Source: an uncultured delta proteobacterium (lineage in GTDB: Bacteria; Myxococcota_A; Polyangia; Polyangiales; Polyangiaceae). Taken from it: 64,000 bases of DNA. Shown here piece after piece: positions 51,366 through 61,066 of this stretch (positions within the stretch are counted from its first letter, which is position 1; each line of letters opens with the position of its first letter). The stretch spans positions 193,029 to 257,028 of the forward strand of contig CAVXQJ010000016.1 in assembly GCA_963763745.1 (NCBI GenBank). Direction: 5' to 3'. The notes under the pieces were generated by a model. It saw only the letters and a list, made by a program, of their open reading frames with translations, was not told the origin of the DNA and searched no databases. The translations under genes were made by a program, and so were the position numbers.

Positions 51366-52375
51366 CGAATCCCCTGGAGCTCGTGCTTGAACTCGCGCGT
51401 GACGAGCAGCCTCAGCGCTTCGAGCAAGGGTCTGCCGCGATGGAGCACGAAGTGAACTTGCTCGATGATGGGCGCGTCGATGCCGAGCTTCTGCGCGAGG
51501 TCGTACGCGGCGTGCGCCGTGTAGAATCCCTCCGCGACCGTCCGCTGCGTCGCGAGGTACGTCGCGGCGTCGATGCCCTTCGCGACTTCGGTGCCGAGCT
51601 GCCTGTTTCGCGAGAGCTCTCCGGTGCATGTGAGAAAGAGATCGCCGACGCCCGCCAAGCCGAGAAACGTCAGCGGGTCCGCGCCGAGCGCGACGCCGAA
51701 GCGCGTGATCTCCGCGAGGCCGCGCGTGAGGAGCGCGGCGCGCGCGTTCAATCCGAGCTGGAGTGCGTCGCATGCGCCCGCGGCGATCGCGATGACGTTC
51801 TTCAGCGCGCCGGCGACCTCGACGCCGACCGGATCGCCGCTCGCGTAAATGCGAAACGTCGGCGCGTGAAGCAAGCGTTGGATCGGCTCGCACGCGGCCA
51901 TCGCCTTCGATGCCGCGACGATGTCGCACGGGAGGCCCTTCGCGACTTCTTTGGCGAACGTCGGCCCGGAGAGAAACGCCATGCGCTCCGCTGGCACGTC
52001 GGGGAGCACCTCCGCGAGGACGTCGCTCATCAGCTTGAGGCTCGACTCCTCGATCCCCTTCGACGCGACGGCGACGAGCGCGTCTTTCGCGATGAGCGGA
52101 GCGGTCGATCGCGCGACGTCGCGCAAGTACTTCGACGGCGGCACGAGGATCACGAGCTCGGCGTCGCGTAACGCTTCGGCGAAATCGAGCGTGACCGTGA
52201 CCGCGTCGGGAAGCGCGAAGCCCGGGAGGAACGGCGTGTTCTCGCGAGCGCTCTCTGCCGATTGGAACACTTCGCGCTCGCGCGCCCACAGACGAACCGT
52301 GTGACCCATGCGAGCCGCATGAATGGCAAGCGCGGTTCCCCACGCACCCGCGCCGACGACAGCGATGATGGCCAT
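51362..52375 (-). CDS. gpsA: NAD(P)H-dependent glycerol-3-phosphate dehydrogenase
   Basis: MAIIAVVGAGAWGTALA…typical GpsA across the full length. Confidence 0.9.
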   Translation of the reverse strand: MAIIAVVGAGAWGTALAIHAARMGHTVRLWAREREVFQSAESARENTPFLPGFALPDAVTVTLDFAEALRDAELVILVPPSKYLRDVARSTAPLIAKDALVAVASKGIEESSLKLMSDVLAEVLPDVPAERMAFLSGPTFAKEVAKGLPCDIVAASKAMAACEPIQRLLHAPTFRIYASGDPVGVEVAGALKNVIAIAAGACDALQLGLNARAALLTRGLAEITRFGVALGADPLTFLGLAGVGDLFLTCTGELSRNRQLGTEVAKGIDAATYLATQRTVAEGFYTAHAAYDLAQKLGIDAPIIEQVHFVLHRGRPLLEALRLLVTREFKHELQGIR

Positions 52376-52384
52376 CGCGCGAGA

Positions 52385-52430
52385 CTAAAGCAGCATTCAC
52401 TTGAACGGATCGAGTGTTGACGCGTCGCGG
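52385..52430 (-). promoter_or_regulatory. Conserved leader motif, copy 2, upstream of gpsA
   Basis: ctaaagcagcattcacttgaacggatcgagtgttgacgcgtcgcgg matches 48806-48849. Confidence 0.4.
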
Positions 52431-55180
52431 TGCACGGTCGGGATCGTGAAGAAGAAAGACGCTCCTTTGCCCGGCACGCTCTCCACCCAAATGCGACCGC
52501 CGTGAGCTTCGATGACTCCTTTCGCGATCGGGAGACCGAGGCCGGCGCCGTGTCTATGCGCCTTCGTGCCCTGCCAGAATCTCTCGAACACGTGCGGGAG
52601 CTCCTCCTCGGGGATCCCGGCGCCGCTGTCTTTCACCCAGAAGAGCACCTCGCTTTCGCGCGGCGCCGCGCCGACTTCGATGCGCGCGCCTGGCTCGCTG
52701 AACTTGAGCGCGTTGCCGATCAGATTTTCGAAAACCTGAAGCAGGCGATCGCGATCCGCGAAGACGTCGGGTAGCTCGCTCGTGACGTCGAGCCGAAGCT
52801 CGACGGTGGAAGACGCCGCGAGCTGCTTCTGCGCGTCGACGGATGACGCGACGATCTCTCGCGCGGCAACGCGCGCGGGCTCGACGGACAAGCGGCCCGC
52901 ATCCATGCGCGTCACGTCGAGCAGATCTTGAATGAGCCGATTCATGCGTTTGGCCGATCGCTCGATCACTTCGGCGGGCGTGTGTCCGGGCTCCGCTGCG
53001 ATGCCGCGCCGGAGAAGGTTGGCGTGCAGGATGATGTTGTTGAGCGGGTTGCGAAGATCGTGAGCGACGACGCCGAGGACGTTGTCGCGCGCCTGCGCCG
53101 CGCGCTTCGCTGCGCGATAGAGGCGTGCGTTGTCGATCGAAAGCGCCGCGCGCCGAGCGAGCTCCTCGGCCAAGCGAACATCCGCTGCGCCATACACGCG
53201 AGAAGGCGTCGAGGATATGAACGTGATCGCCCCCAAGAGCTTCTCGTTCGACACGAGCGGCACCGCCACCATCGACCGAATCTCGGCAGCGCGAAGGGCT
53301 CGTAAGTGCTCTTCGCTCTGAGCAAACGATGCGACCTCTTGCTCCGTCGGACGTTCCATGAGGAGCGACTGCCGAGTCTCGAAGACGGGGCGCACCAAGT
53401 AAGGACCGTTTCGGTCGAGCGGAAGGTGCGTCAGGAGATCGCAAAGCCACGCCTTCGATGGATCACGGGCCACGACTTTGAGCGGTCTGACCTCTTCGTC
53501 GTCGAGGACGACTTCGACGATGCAGAGGTCGGCGAGATCGCGCACCGCAAGCTCGGCGATCCTCGTGAGGGTTGCTTCGAAAGCGAGCGTGCTCGCAAGG
53601 ACCGGCCCGACGTCGGCCAAGAACTTCTGCTCCTTCTCGAGTCGGTTCTGCTCCGTGACGTCGCGAAGGTCGACCGTGAGGACTTTCTTGCCGCCCACGT
53701 CGAGCATGGAGATCGCGGCATCGGCGGGGAACTCCTCGCCGCCTTTTCGCAGACCGATGATCGTCGAGTGCCGTTCGCCCATGCGGCGCGCGTGCTGCCG
53801 GCCGGACGCGAAACGAGCCACGTGCTCGCGATGGACGGCTCGAAACCGCTCGGGAACGAGCATGTCGAGCGACGCTCCGATCGCTTCGGCTTGCGTGTAA
53901 CCGAAGATCTTCTCGGCACCCGTGTTGAACAGCGTGATGCGTTGGTCCTCGTCGACGGAGATGATCGCGTCGGCGGAGATGGAGAGAATGCCCGACGACT
54001 TCGCTTCGGCGAGGCGGAGCTCTTCTTCGAGCCGCTTTCGCTCCGTGATGTCTTCCATCTCGGAAATGAAGTAGCGCGGCACGCCGTCGTGACCGCGAAG
54101 AGTCGAGACGCTGAGCATCACGTCGACGATCGTTCCGTCCTTGCGGATGTAGCGCTTGCTCCGCTGGTAGCGTGGGATCTCGTCGCGCGCGAGCTGCATC
54201 GACATCGCGACATCGGCGGCTACGTCATCCGGATGCGTGATCGCTTGGAACGTGAGCGCCATGAGCTCGTCCGCCGTGTAGCCGAGGATCTCGCAGAGCG
54301 CGCGATTGACGCGAACGAAGCGGCCGTCGAGCGCGACGAGCGCCATCCCGATCGGCGCCTCGTCGATCGTGAGCCGGAAGCGCTCCTCGGACTCCTCGCG
54401 CTCGCGAGCGATGCGTCGCGGCTCGGTGATGTCGCGCGTGATCGTCCCCATCCCGAGCACGCGACCGCTCTCGGGATCGCGAATCATGAAGTGGTCGTCG
54501 GAGACGGGGATGGCTTCCTCCGTTTTCCAATTTCTGAAATAGGTCTCGCCCGACCATTGTCCACGCTCCAACATCGCCTTGACGATCACGTCCGCCGCGA
54601 ACGCGCGCTCGCTCGGCGGGTAGTAGTCGGGGATTTGCGTCTTTTCGATCGGATAGTCCGCTGATAACCCCACCATGCGGCGACCGCCCGCGTTGATGTA
54701 AACCGGTTTTCCGTTCGGGTCGGCGATGCCGATGAAGTCGGAGGAGTTGTCGAGCAGCGCCGTGAAGATCTTCTTCTCGTCCGCAGCGCGCTTGATCGCC
54801 GAGACGTCGGCGACATGGACGAAGAACCCATGAACCACGCCATCCACGACATCGGGGATGTACGTCGCAAGGCTGTGTCGCGAGGGGCCGCCGGCTGGAT
54901 CGGGGATCTCGCGTTCGAATTCTTGCGCATGACCGCGCAAGGCTTGCTCGATGTGGGGGAGGTTGAGCCGATACAGCGCGGGCCCGAGCAGCTCGCTGAT
55001 GTGCTTGCCGAGCAGCGCATCGGGAGACACGCCGAACCACACTTCGTATGCACGGTTTGCGAACCGGCAATGTTGCGTGGAATCCCAGTACGCGACCATT
55101 GCGGGAAGCGAGTCGACGAGCCGATTCAGCAACTCGTTTTCAGCGATCACCGCTGAGATCGAAGCACGCTGCGTGCCCAC
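52397..55180 (-). CDS. Multi-PAS/GAF sensor histidine kinase
   Basis: Several PAS repeats, a GAF-like region, then H-box HDLRNPLNNI and HATPase (GAGLGLPIAKG). The N-terminal part of the listed ORF is artefact. Start is at about 55180 (GTG) or 55099 (ATG). Confidence 0.85.
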   Translation of the reverse strand: MGTQRASISAVIAENELLNRLVDSLPAMVAYWDSTQHCRFANRAYEVWFGVSPDALLGKHISELLGPALYRLNLPHIEQALRGHAQEFEREIPDPAGGPSRHSLATYIPDVVDGVVHGFFVHVADVSAIKRAADEKKIFTALLDNSSDFIGIADPNGKPVYINAGGRRMVGLSADYPIEKTQIPDYYPPSERAFAADVIVKAMLERGQWSGETYFRNWKTEEAIPVSDDHFMIRDPESGRVLGMGTITRDITEPRRIAREREESEERFRLTIDEAPIGMALVALDGRFVRVNRALCEILGYTADELMALTFQAITHPDDVAADVAMSMQLARDEIPRYQRSKRYIRKDGTIVDVMLSVSTLRGHDGVPRYFISEMEDITERKRLEEELRLAEAKSSGILSISADAIISVDEDQRITLFNTGAEKIFGYTQAEAIGASLDMLVPERFRAVHREHVARFASGRQHARRMGERHSTIIGLRKGGEEFPADAAISMLDVGGKKVLTVDLRDVTEQNRLEKEQKFLADVGPVLASTLAFEATLTRIAELAVRDLADLCIVEVVLDDEEVRPLKVVARDPSKAWLCDLLTHLPLDRNGPYLVRPVFETRQSLLMERPTEQEVASFAQSEEHLRALRAAEIRSMVAVPLVSNEKLLGAITFISSTPSRVYGAADVRLAEELARRAALSIDNARLYRAAKRAAQARDNVLGVVAHDLRNPLNNIILHANLLRRGIAAEPGHTPAEVIERSAKRMNRLIQDLLDVTRMDAGRLSVEPARVAAREIVASSVDAQKQLAASSTVELRLDVTSELPDVFADRDRLLQVFENLIGNALKFSEPGARIEVGAAPRESEVLFWVKDSGAGIPEEELPHVFERFWQGTKAHRHGAGLGLPIAKGVIEAHGGRIWVESVPGKGASFFFTIPTVHRDASTLDPFK

Positions 55181-55240
55181 CCGTGTCGCAGCGTTTGCGT
55201 AAGGACCGGCGGCACATTCGATGCGTGGTTCGAATTCGAA

Positions 55241-56827
55241 ATGAACCACCAGCGCGTTCTCGTCGTCGAAGACGACGCGGATCTTCGGACGAGCGTCACG
55301 CAGCTCTTGTCCGCGGATGGGATGGACATGGTCCAGGCGGGGTCGGGAAAAGAAGCGCTCGCCACGTTGCTTTCGAACGCATTCGATCTGGTCGTCACCG
55401 ACGTGATGATGCCTCCTCCGCTCGGCGTCGAGGTCGCAGCGCTCGCGCGCACCGCCGGCGATGGCGTTCCGATCCTCGTGATGACGGGCCTGCGCGACGA
55501 GTGGGTGACGGACGCGGTCGGCAAGCTGCAGCGCGCCGATCTGTTGCACAAACCGTTTTCTGCCGACGAGCTCCTCGCGCACGTGCACGCGCTGCTCGAA
55601 CGCAAGCAAGTGGACGAGGCCGCGGCTTCCGAGCGCCAAGTCGGGCTCGCACGCGCGACGACCAGCGGTGCACACGTGTTTCCTCCAGCGATCGTGCCCA
55701 TCCTCCGCGAGAGATTCGCGGACGACATTCCATGCATCAGCGGCGTCGATGACGTCGTGCTCGCGGAGCTGCTCTCGGTCGTGTTCTTCGCGGGGCTCGT
55801 CGCCGAAGAAGGCGAGCACAAACCGGTGCGGGTCGTCTTCGTCGGCACGGCGCCGTCCGTCGTCGACGAGGAGACGTCGTCTCCGCTCTATCGTTGGAGC
55901 ACGCTTCGATTCCGCGTCGCTCGTCCGTTCTCCGTTGGAGAGCTCGTCAAGCTCGCGACTGCGACGGGCAGCGAGCGTGTCTTCACGCAGGTTTGCTACG
56001 ACGGCGACGACCTCGTCGTCACGGGTCTCGCGCGCGAAGGGATCAACGTCGAAGGCGATGCGTTTCTCAAGGTCGTGGTCCCGCAGCCAGGCGCTCTATC
56101 CATCCGCGTCGGACGACGGCACTTGCTCGAGTACGAGCACGGTCACGTGCAGGCGCCGAGCGGAGACGTCGTCTTCTCGCAAGGGCCCGTGCGAAGAGCG
56201 CTCGAGGAAGTGGCCGTCGCGGTCGGCGTGGAGAACGCGGTCGATGCATACTTGGACGCCGTGCGCGCGCTCGTCGGCGAGATGACGGGCCACGGCGCGG
56301 GCGGCATCATGGTGTTCACGCCCGACCCGCAATCCGTCCTGCCGACCGACGCGCCGTACTTGACGTTTCCCGAGGTGTCGCTCGCCGCGATCATCCAACG
56401 CCTCCACACGCAAGTCGATCACGTCATGCGCGTCACGTTCTTCGCCGAGCTCGAGCGCACGATCGAAGAGCTCGGCGCGCTCTCGGCGCTCGATGAAGCC
56501 GTGGTGTTCGATCGCTCGCTCGCCGTCGAAGGATTCGGCGTCGTCTTGCCCATCCAAAGCCACGAGCCGCTCGTCATCTTCGAGGCACACGACGCCGAGG
56601 CTCACGACGTGCGGCCGTTCGACATCGGCACGCGCGGAGCGCGGCATCGCGCTGCGGCAACGTACGCGATGAATCACCCGCGCACCGTCGTGTTCGTCGC
56701 ATCGGAGGACGGGCCCGTCGGGTGTTTCTTCCGCGCGCCGGGTTGGAAGCACGTCATCCTCTGGCCGTTCCACGCGATGGACGCGCGTCATTCCCAACGC
56801 ATGACGGCGTTCATTCCGCGACTCTGA
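55241..56827 (+). CDS. Response regulator with receiver domain plus a ~400-aa uncharacterized C-terminal domain
   Basis: MNHQRVLVVEDDADLR…LVVTDVMMP… is a REC domain. The remainder is protein-like but unrecognized. Divergent from the PAS kinase. Confidence 0.8.
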   Translation: MNHQRVLVVEDDADLRTSVTQLLSADGMDMVQAGSGKEALATLLSNAFDLVVTDVMMPPPLGVEVAALARTAGDGVPILVMTGLRDEWVTDAVGKLQRADLLHKPFSADELLAHVHALLERKQVDEAAASERQVGLARATTSGAHVFPPAIVPILRERFADDIPCISGVDDVVLAELLSVVFFAGLVAEEGEHKPVRVVFVGTAPSVVDEETSSPLYRWSTLRFRVARPFSVGELVKLATATGSERVFTQVCYDGDDLVVTGLAREGINVEGDAFLKVVVPQPGALSIRVGRRHLLEYEHGHVQAPSGDVVFSQGPVRRALEEVAVAVGVENAVDAYLDAVRALVGEMTGHGAGGIMVFTPDPQSVLPTDAPYLTFPEVSLAAIIQRLHTQVDHVMRVTFFAELERTIEELGALSALDEAVVFDRSLAVEGFGVVLPIQSHEPLVIFEAHDAEAHDVRPFDIGTRGARHRAAATYAMNHPRTVVFVASEDGPVGCFFRAPGWKHVILWPFHAMDARHSQRMTAFIPRL

Positions 56828-56837
56828 CGGGCGGGAA

Positions 56838-57723
56838 GGTCGCCCGTGCGTCGTTCGTATCAGTGGACGTGCAGAGGCAGGTCCTCGTGTTCTGGGATGG
56901 CGACGTCATCGCGACGCACGTCATGGGCGACGACGGTCCCATTCGCGTCGGGCCCGACGCGAACGCCGATGTGATCCTTCCGATCGCAACGACGATCGAT
57001 GGGGAGGGCGACACCACGCTCGGCGCGTTCATCGTCAGCGTCTCGCGCACTCGCGCGGACGACGAGATCCGTGCGCCGTTGCACGTTGGACGGAGCGCGT
57101 GGACGTTCGCGCTCTCGACGGTTTTTCACGCGTTGCTGTTCGTTGCGGTCATCGTCGGGAGCCGCATCGACGTGCGCGCGGAGGATGACGCCGCACGACT
57201 CACGGCGATGCAAGGCTATCTCGCGCGAAGCTCCGATCGAGAGACGAAGCACGACGCGATTGGGCAAGAGCACGTGCCCATCGCGATCGCGGCAGAGGCC
57301 ACGACCATCTCGACTCCACCACCCGTCGTCGTTGCGCCGCTGACGCGAAGCATGAGCCACACGGAGAGCGGTGGCTCGGTGTCGACGCCGAAAGGCTCAG
57401 TGCGTGTTGGCGATTGGGTCGGGACGTACACGTGTCTCGATCGAACGTACGGCCTCGCTCTTCACATCGACCACGCGCACAATAACGATTTTCACGTCGT
57501 CGGAAGCGCGACGAGCCCCGATGGAATTCAAGCTTCGTACAGGCAGCGCGGCGTGCGCAATCCCGCGACGGGCGTGTCGAGCTTCTTTCCCGAAGGCTGG
57601 TTGGGCGAGCCGATGCCTGCCCACAACTTGAGCGGAATGCACGGACGCTTCGCCGGCGACACGTTCAGCGGCGTGATCGACGATCCGCAATGCGGAAGCG
57701 TCAATCTGCGTCGTCACGCGTGA
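56838..57723 (+). CDS. Hypothetical membrane protein (possible FHA-like N-terminus)
   Basis: Protein-like ORF with one TM helix (WTFALSTVFHALLFVAVIVGS). Start uncertain. Confidence 0.45.
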
Positions 57724-57735
57724 TATGAACGCGAC

Positions 57736-58464
57736 GTGATCGTTCAAACCAGCAGCGTCGTCATCGAGACGAGCACCGGCGCGATGCTCACGCACGTTCA
57801 TCGTCCGGTTGCGGACGGCAAGCGACCGGGGATCGTTCTCTTCTCGGAGATCTTCCAGCAGACGGCGCCCATCGCGCGCATGGCGGCGATGTTCGCGGGG
57901 CATGGGTTCGTCGTCGCGGTGCCGGAGATATTTCACGAGCTCGAGCCGGCGGGGACCGTCCTCGCATACGACGCGCGCGGGACGGACGCGGGAAACCGCC
58001 ACAAAACCGAGAAGCCCATCAGCGCGTTCGACGACGACGCACGCGCCGCGATCGACCATCTGCTCTCGCGCGACGACGCGAGCGGCGCGATCGGAGCGTT
58101 CGGCGTTTGCATCGGCGGGCACCTCGCGTTTCGGTGCGCGTTCGATCCGCGCGTTCGCGCGGCGGCGTGTTTCTACGCGACCGACTTGCACAAGCGTTCG
58201 CTCGGAAAAGGCGGCGACGATTCGCTGTCGCGCGCCGCGGACATTCGCGGCGAGCTCATGATGGTGTGGGGTCGGCAAGATCCCCACGTCGACGACGAAG
58301 GCCGTCTCGCGATCGAGGCCGCGCTGCGCACCGCGAAAACCAAGTACACGTGGCACGAGCTCAACGCAGCACACGCGTTCCTCCGCGACGAGGGCCCGCG
58401 CTACGACCCTGCGCTCGCGCTGCTCTCGTACCGCATGTCGCTCGATCTCTTCGCGCGGATGTGA
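57736..58464 (+). CDS. Dienelactone hydrolase family protein
   Basis: …GIVLFSEIFQ…AFGVCIGGHLAF… shows the alpha/beta-hydrolase DLH pattern. GTG start. Confidence 0.8.
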   Translation: MIVQTSSVVIETSTGAMLTHVHRPVADGKRPGIVLFSEIFQQTAPIARMAAMFAGHGFVVAVPEIFHELEPAGTVLAYDARGTDAGNRHKTEKPISAFDDDARAAIDHLLSRDDASGAIGAFGVCIGGHLAFRCAFDPRVRAAACFYATDLHKRSLGKGGDDSLSRAADIRGELMMVWGRQDPHVDDEGRLAIEAALRTAKTKYTWHELNAAHAFLRDEGPRYDPALALLSYRMSLDLFARM

Positions 58465-59078
58465 TGCGCCGCTTCGTCGTCATCGGCCAGAAGGCCACTG
58501 CATCGGACGCCTTTTCGCTCGACGATTTGCCCGCGACGAGCGGACGACTCGACGTGCTGCTCCGCTGCGTGCGCGCCGCGCTCCTCGTCTCGCACGGTCT
58601 TCGTCGCGACACGATCATCTATCTCGTCCTCCAAGGCGGACCGCGCGCACCTCGGAGCATTCGCATCGACGGACGCACCGCCGAGTACGTGCGACCCGAC
58701 GAGCGGAGCCTCGCCGGCGCGATCCGAAGTCTGCTCAAGCACGTGCGACCGCCGAGCGGCGCGGTGTTCAGCGAGGCCACGCGCGGAGTCGCGATCGCCG
58801 ACGGAGGTCTCGAGTCGGTCATCGCCGATCTCGGAGACTTCGTTCCTTACGTCCTCGACGAATCCGCATCCGACTTGCGCGACGCGGTCGTCGATTTGGA
58901 ACGGCCCGTTTTTTTCGTCGGCGATCATCTCGGCTTCGACGACGACGCGCGCGCGCGCCTCGCCGCGCTCGGTTCGACTCCGCTCTCGGTCGGCCCGATC
59001 AGCGTTCACGCCGACGACGCGATCACGCTCGTGTCGAACGAGCTCGATCGCCGCGTCACGTCGGCGCGTGTTTCCTGA
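58464..59078 (+). CDS. trmY: tRNA (pseudouridine54-N1)-methyltransferase (SPOUT, DUF358)
   Basis: MRRFVVIGQKATASDAFSLDDLPATSGRLDVLLRCV…PVFFVGDHLGFDDDAR…LSVGPISVHADDAITLV aligns closely with archaeal TrmY. The ATG overlaps the upstream stop. Confidence 0.8.
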   Translation: MRRFVVIGQKATASDAFSLDDLPATSGRLDVLLRCVRAALLVSHGLRRDTIIYLVLQGGPRAPRSIRIDGRTAEYVRPDERSLAGAIRSLLKHVRPPSGAVFSEATRGVAIADGGLESVIADLGDFVPYVLDESASDLRDAVVDLERPVFFVGDHLGFDDDARARLAALGSTPLSVGPISVHADDAITLVSNELDRRVTSARVS

Positions 59079-60030
59079 ACTCGTGGTGCGTGAACCACAC
59101 GCCTGGGAGCATCGGGAGCCAGAAGCTGAAACCGCGCATGATCAACGTGGCGGGCGCGGCAGCCTCGATCGGCGCGCCGAACGCGACGAGCAACGTCGTC
59201 GCGGCGATCTCGAACGCGCCGAGACCGCCGGGGATGAAGCTCGCGGTCCCGAGGACGTACGCGAGCGTGAAGGCGACCGTCGCGAGCGCGGGCGAAATCG
59301 GATGACCGACCGCGGCGAGCGCTGCTGCGAGCGTCGCGCCGTCGAGGAGAAGCACCGCGGCGCGAAGCGCGATCGACCTCCAGAGAACCGATGGCGAGAG
59401 CACGATGTCGAGCGGCGCATCGTCGAGGTGATCTCGCAAATGCGCGACGGCCGTCATGCGGCGAATGCGCGCGGGCAACTTGTTCATCGCGCCCGTCAGC
59501 GACACGACGAGCGGAATCGGAATCACGATCGCGGCCAGTATCGCGACGACGCACGCGGTGATCTCCCAACCTCGGTAGCGATCGTGCGCCATCACCATGG
59601 CGGTCGACGCAATGACGAGGACGAGCTGCGCGAAATAGAAACCGAGGAGGCTCGCGACGACCGCGGCCATCGCCGCGCGCTTCGAGACGCCATGCTTCTT
59701 GAGCGACGCGACGACGAGCACGGTGCCGCTCATCCCGGCGGATGGAATCGTTTGATCCGTGAAGAGCTCGGCGACCGAGAGACGCATGAGCCCCGCGAAC
59801 GAGGGCGGCGTGTCGCCCGCGCGCCGGATCACGATCATCCAGAGCAACACCATGCACGGATACGTCAGCAGCTGAAACACCGCCGCGAGAAGGAGCCACG
59901 CGGGACGCGCGCCTGCGAGCACGTGCGCGAGCTGTTCGGGCTCCGCGCGGAAACGTACGAGCATCACGAGCGCGCCGATGACGGCGAATCCGATCAGCCA
60001 GCGATACCAGGTGTGATGTCCTTCACGCAT
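59056..60030 (-). CDS. UPF0104 / lysylphosphatidylglycerol-synthase-TM-region-like membrane protein
   Basis: Eight TM helices and flippase-like domain composition. ATG at 60028-60030. Confidence 0.75.
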   Translation of the reverse strand: MREGHHTWYRWLIGFAVIGALVMLVRFRAEPEQLAHVLAGARPAWLLLAAVFQLLTYPCMVLLWMIVIRRAGDTPPSFAGLMRLSVAELFTDQTIPSAGMSGTVLVVASLKKHGVSKRAAMAAVVASLLGFYFAQLVLVIASTAMVMAHDRYRGWEITACVVAILAAIVIPIPLVVSLTGAMNKLPARIRRMTAVAHLRDHLDDAPLDIVLSPSVLWRSIALRAAVLLLDGATLAAALAAVGHPISPALATVAFTLAYVLGTASFIPGGLGAFEIAATTLLVAFGAPIEAAAPATLIMRGFSFWLPMLPGVWFTHHEFRKHAPT

Positions 60031-60997
60031 TCGCCCTCCGCGAGCTCGGCCCAACCAGGAAGTGGCGACCCGCGCTGAGCTCGTCGAGCATGCATTGCAT
60101 CCGCGCCTCCACTTCGCGGTAGCAGCGGTCGAGCACGGTTGGGTTGTCGGCATCGCTCGGGCCGAGGTCGGGCCACGACATCGGCGCGCCGAACGCGAGC
60201 GAGGCTTGCGCGGGGAGGGGAAGATACGGAACGAAACCGGACGTGAGTCCCCACGGAAACGAGAGCACGATCGGAAGGACTTCGGTGCGCGCCCACGCGT
60301 GCGCGTGGAGAAGGCGAGCGAGCTTGTCGCCGCGCGAGAGAACGATGAGCTGCTCGTGCGCGCCCGCGGTGACGACGGGGACGATGGGTACGCGCTCGCG
60401 CAGCGCGAGCTTGAGAAATCCTTTGCGGCCGCCGAGCACCACGCGGTTGCGATCGCGGAACGTGCGAAACGTATCGAGGTCGGATCCGGGATAGACGATG
60501 ACGCACGCGCCGACGGCGAACGCGTGATGCGCGCTCTCGTGCTTCGCTCGCAGCATTCCGAGTCGCGCGGCGTATCGGCGGAGGAGCGGATCTTCGAAGA
60601 TGAAGTCGTGCGCGAGCGCGTAGACCGCGCGCGTCACGCCGTAGCGCTCGTAGATGGCGAGCGCGGTGAAGAAGCCTTCGCTCGGAAGCAACCCGCCATT
60701 GTGGTTCCCCACGAGAAGAACGGGGCCCGTCTCCGGCACGTTCTCGACGCCCGATACGCGCAACCGAAAATAATATTTCGCGAGCACGCGATAGAGGTCG
60801 AGCAGTGCCTCGACCAGCTCGGGATCGCGCGCTCGAACGTCGTCGGCGCTCGAGCTGCCCGCGCGCCCGGCGTGCCTCGCGAGCGCGAAACGCGCGAAGC
60901 GCGCGACGAGACGCGGTGGCGAGAGAAGAACGCGCCGATCCTCGCGCGGAATGACGCGCCGCGCGCGACGGACCCAGTCGATCGTCTCGGAGAGCAT
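60023..60997 (-). CDS. Lysophospholipid acyltransferase (PlsC superfamily)
   Basis: Real 324-aa tail of the artefactual ORF 60023..61954 (…VPETGPVLLVGNHNGGLLPS…VPIVPVVTAGAH…). It overlaps the downstream membrane gene. Confidence 0.75.
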   Translation of the reverse strand: MLSETIDWVRRARRVIPREDRRVLLSPPRLVARFARFALARHAGRAGSSSADDVRARDPELVEALLDLYRVLAKYYFRLRVSGVENVPETGPVLLVGNHNGGLLPSEGFFTALAIYERYGVTRAVYALAHDFIFEDPLLRRYAARLGMLRAKHESAHHAFAVGACVIVYPGSDLDTFRTFRDRNRVVLGGRKGFLKLALRERVPIVPVVTAGAHEQLIVLSRGDKLARLLHAHAWARTEVLPIVLSFPWGLTSGFVPYLPLPAQASLAFGAPMSWPDLGPSDADNPTVLDRCYREVEARMQCMLDELSAGRHFLVGPSSRRANA

Positions 60998-61066
60998 CGC
61001 GCTGGACGTTGCATTGTGCGCGCCACGGTCGCGTCTGCACCGTTTGCAGGTTGGACGCGCGGCACG

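Noticed and set aside
52397-55819. Full 1140-aa extent of the PAS kinase ORF
   Set aside because: The upstream ~210 aa are low-complexity and would overlap the divergent response-regulator promoter. The real start is placed at about 55180 or 55099.
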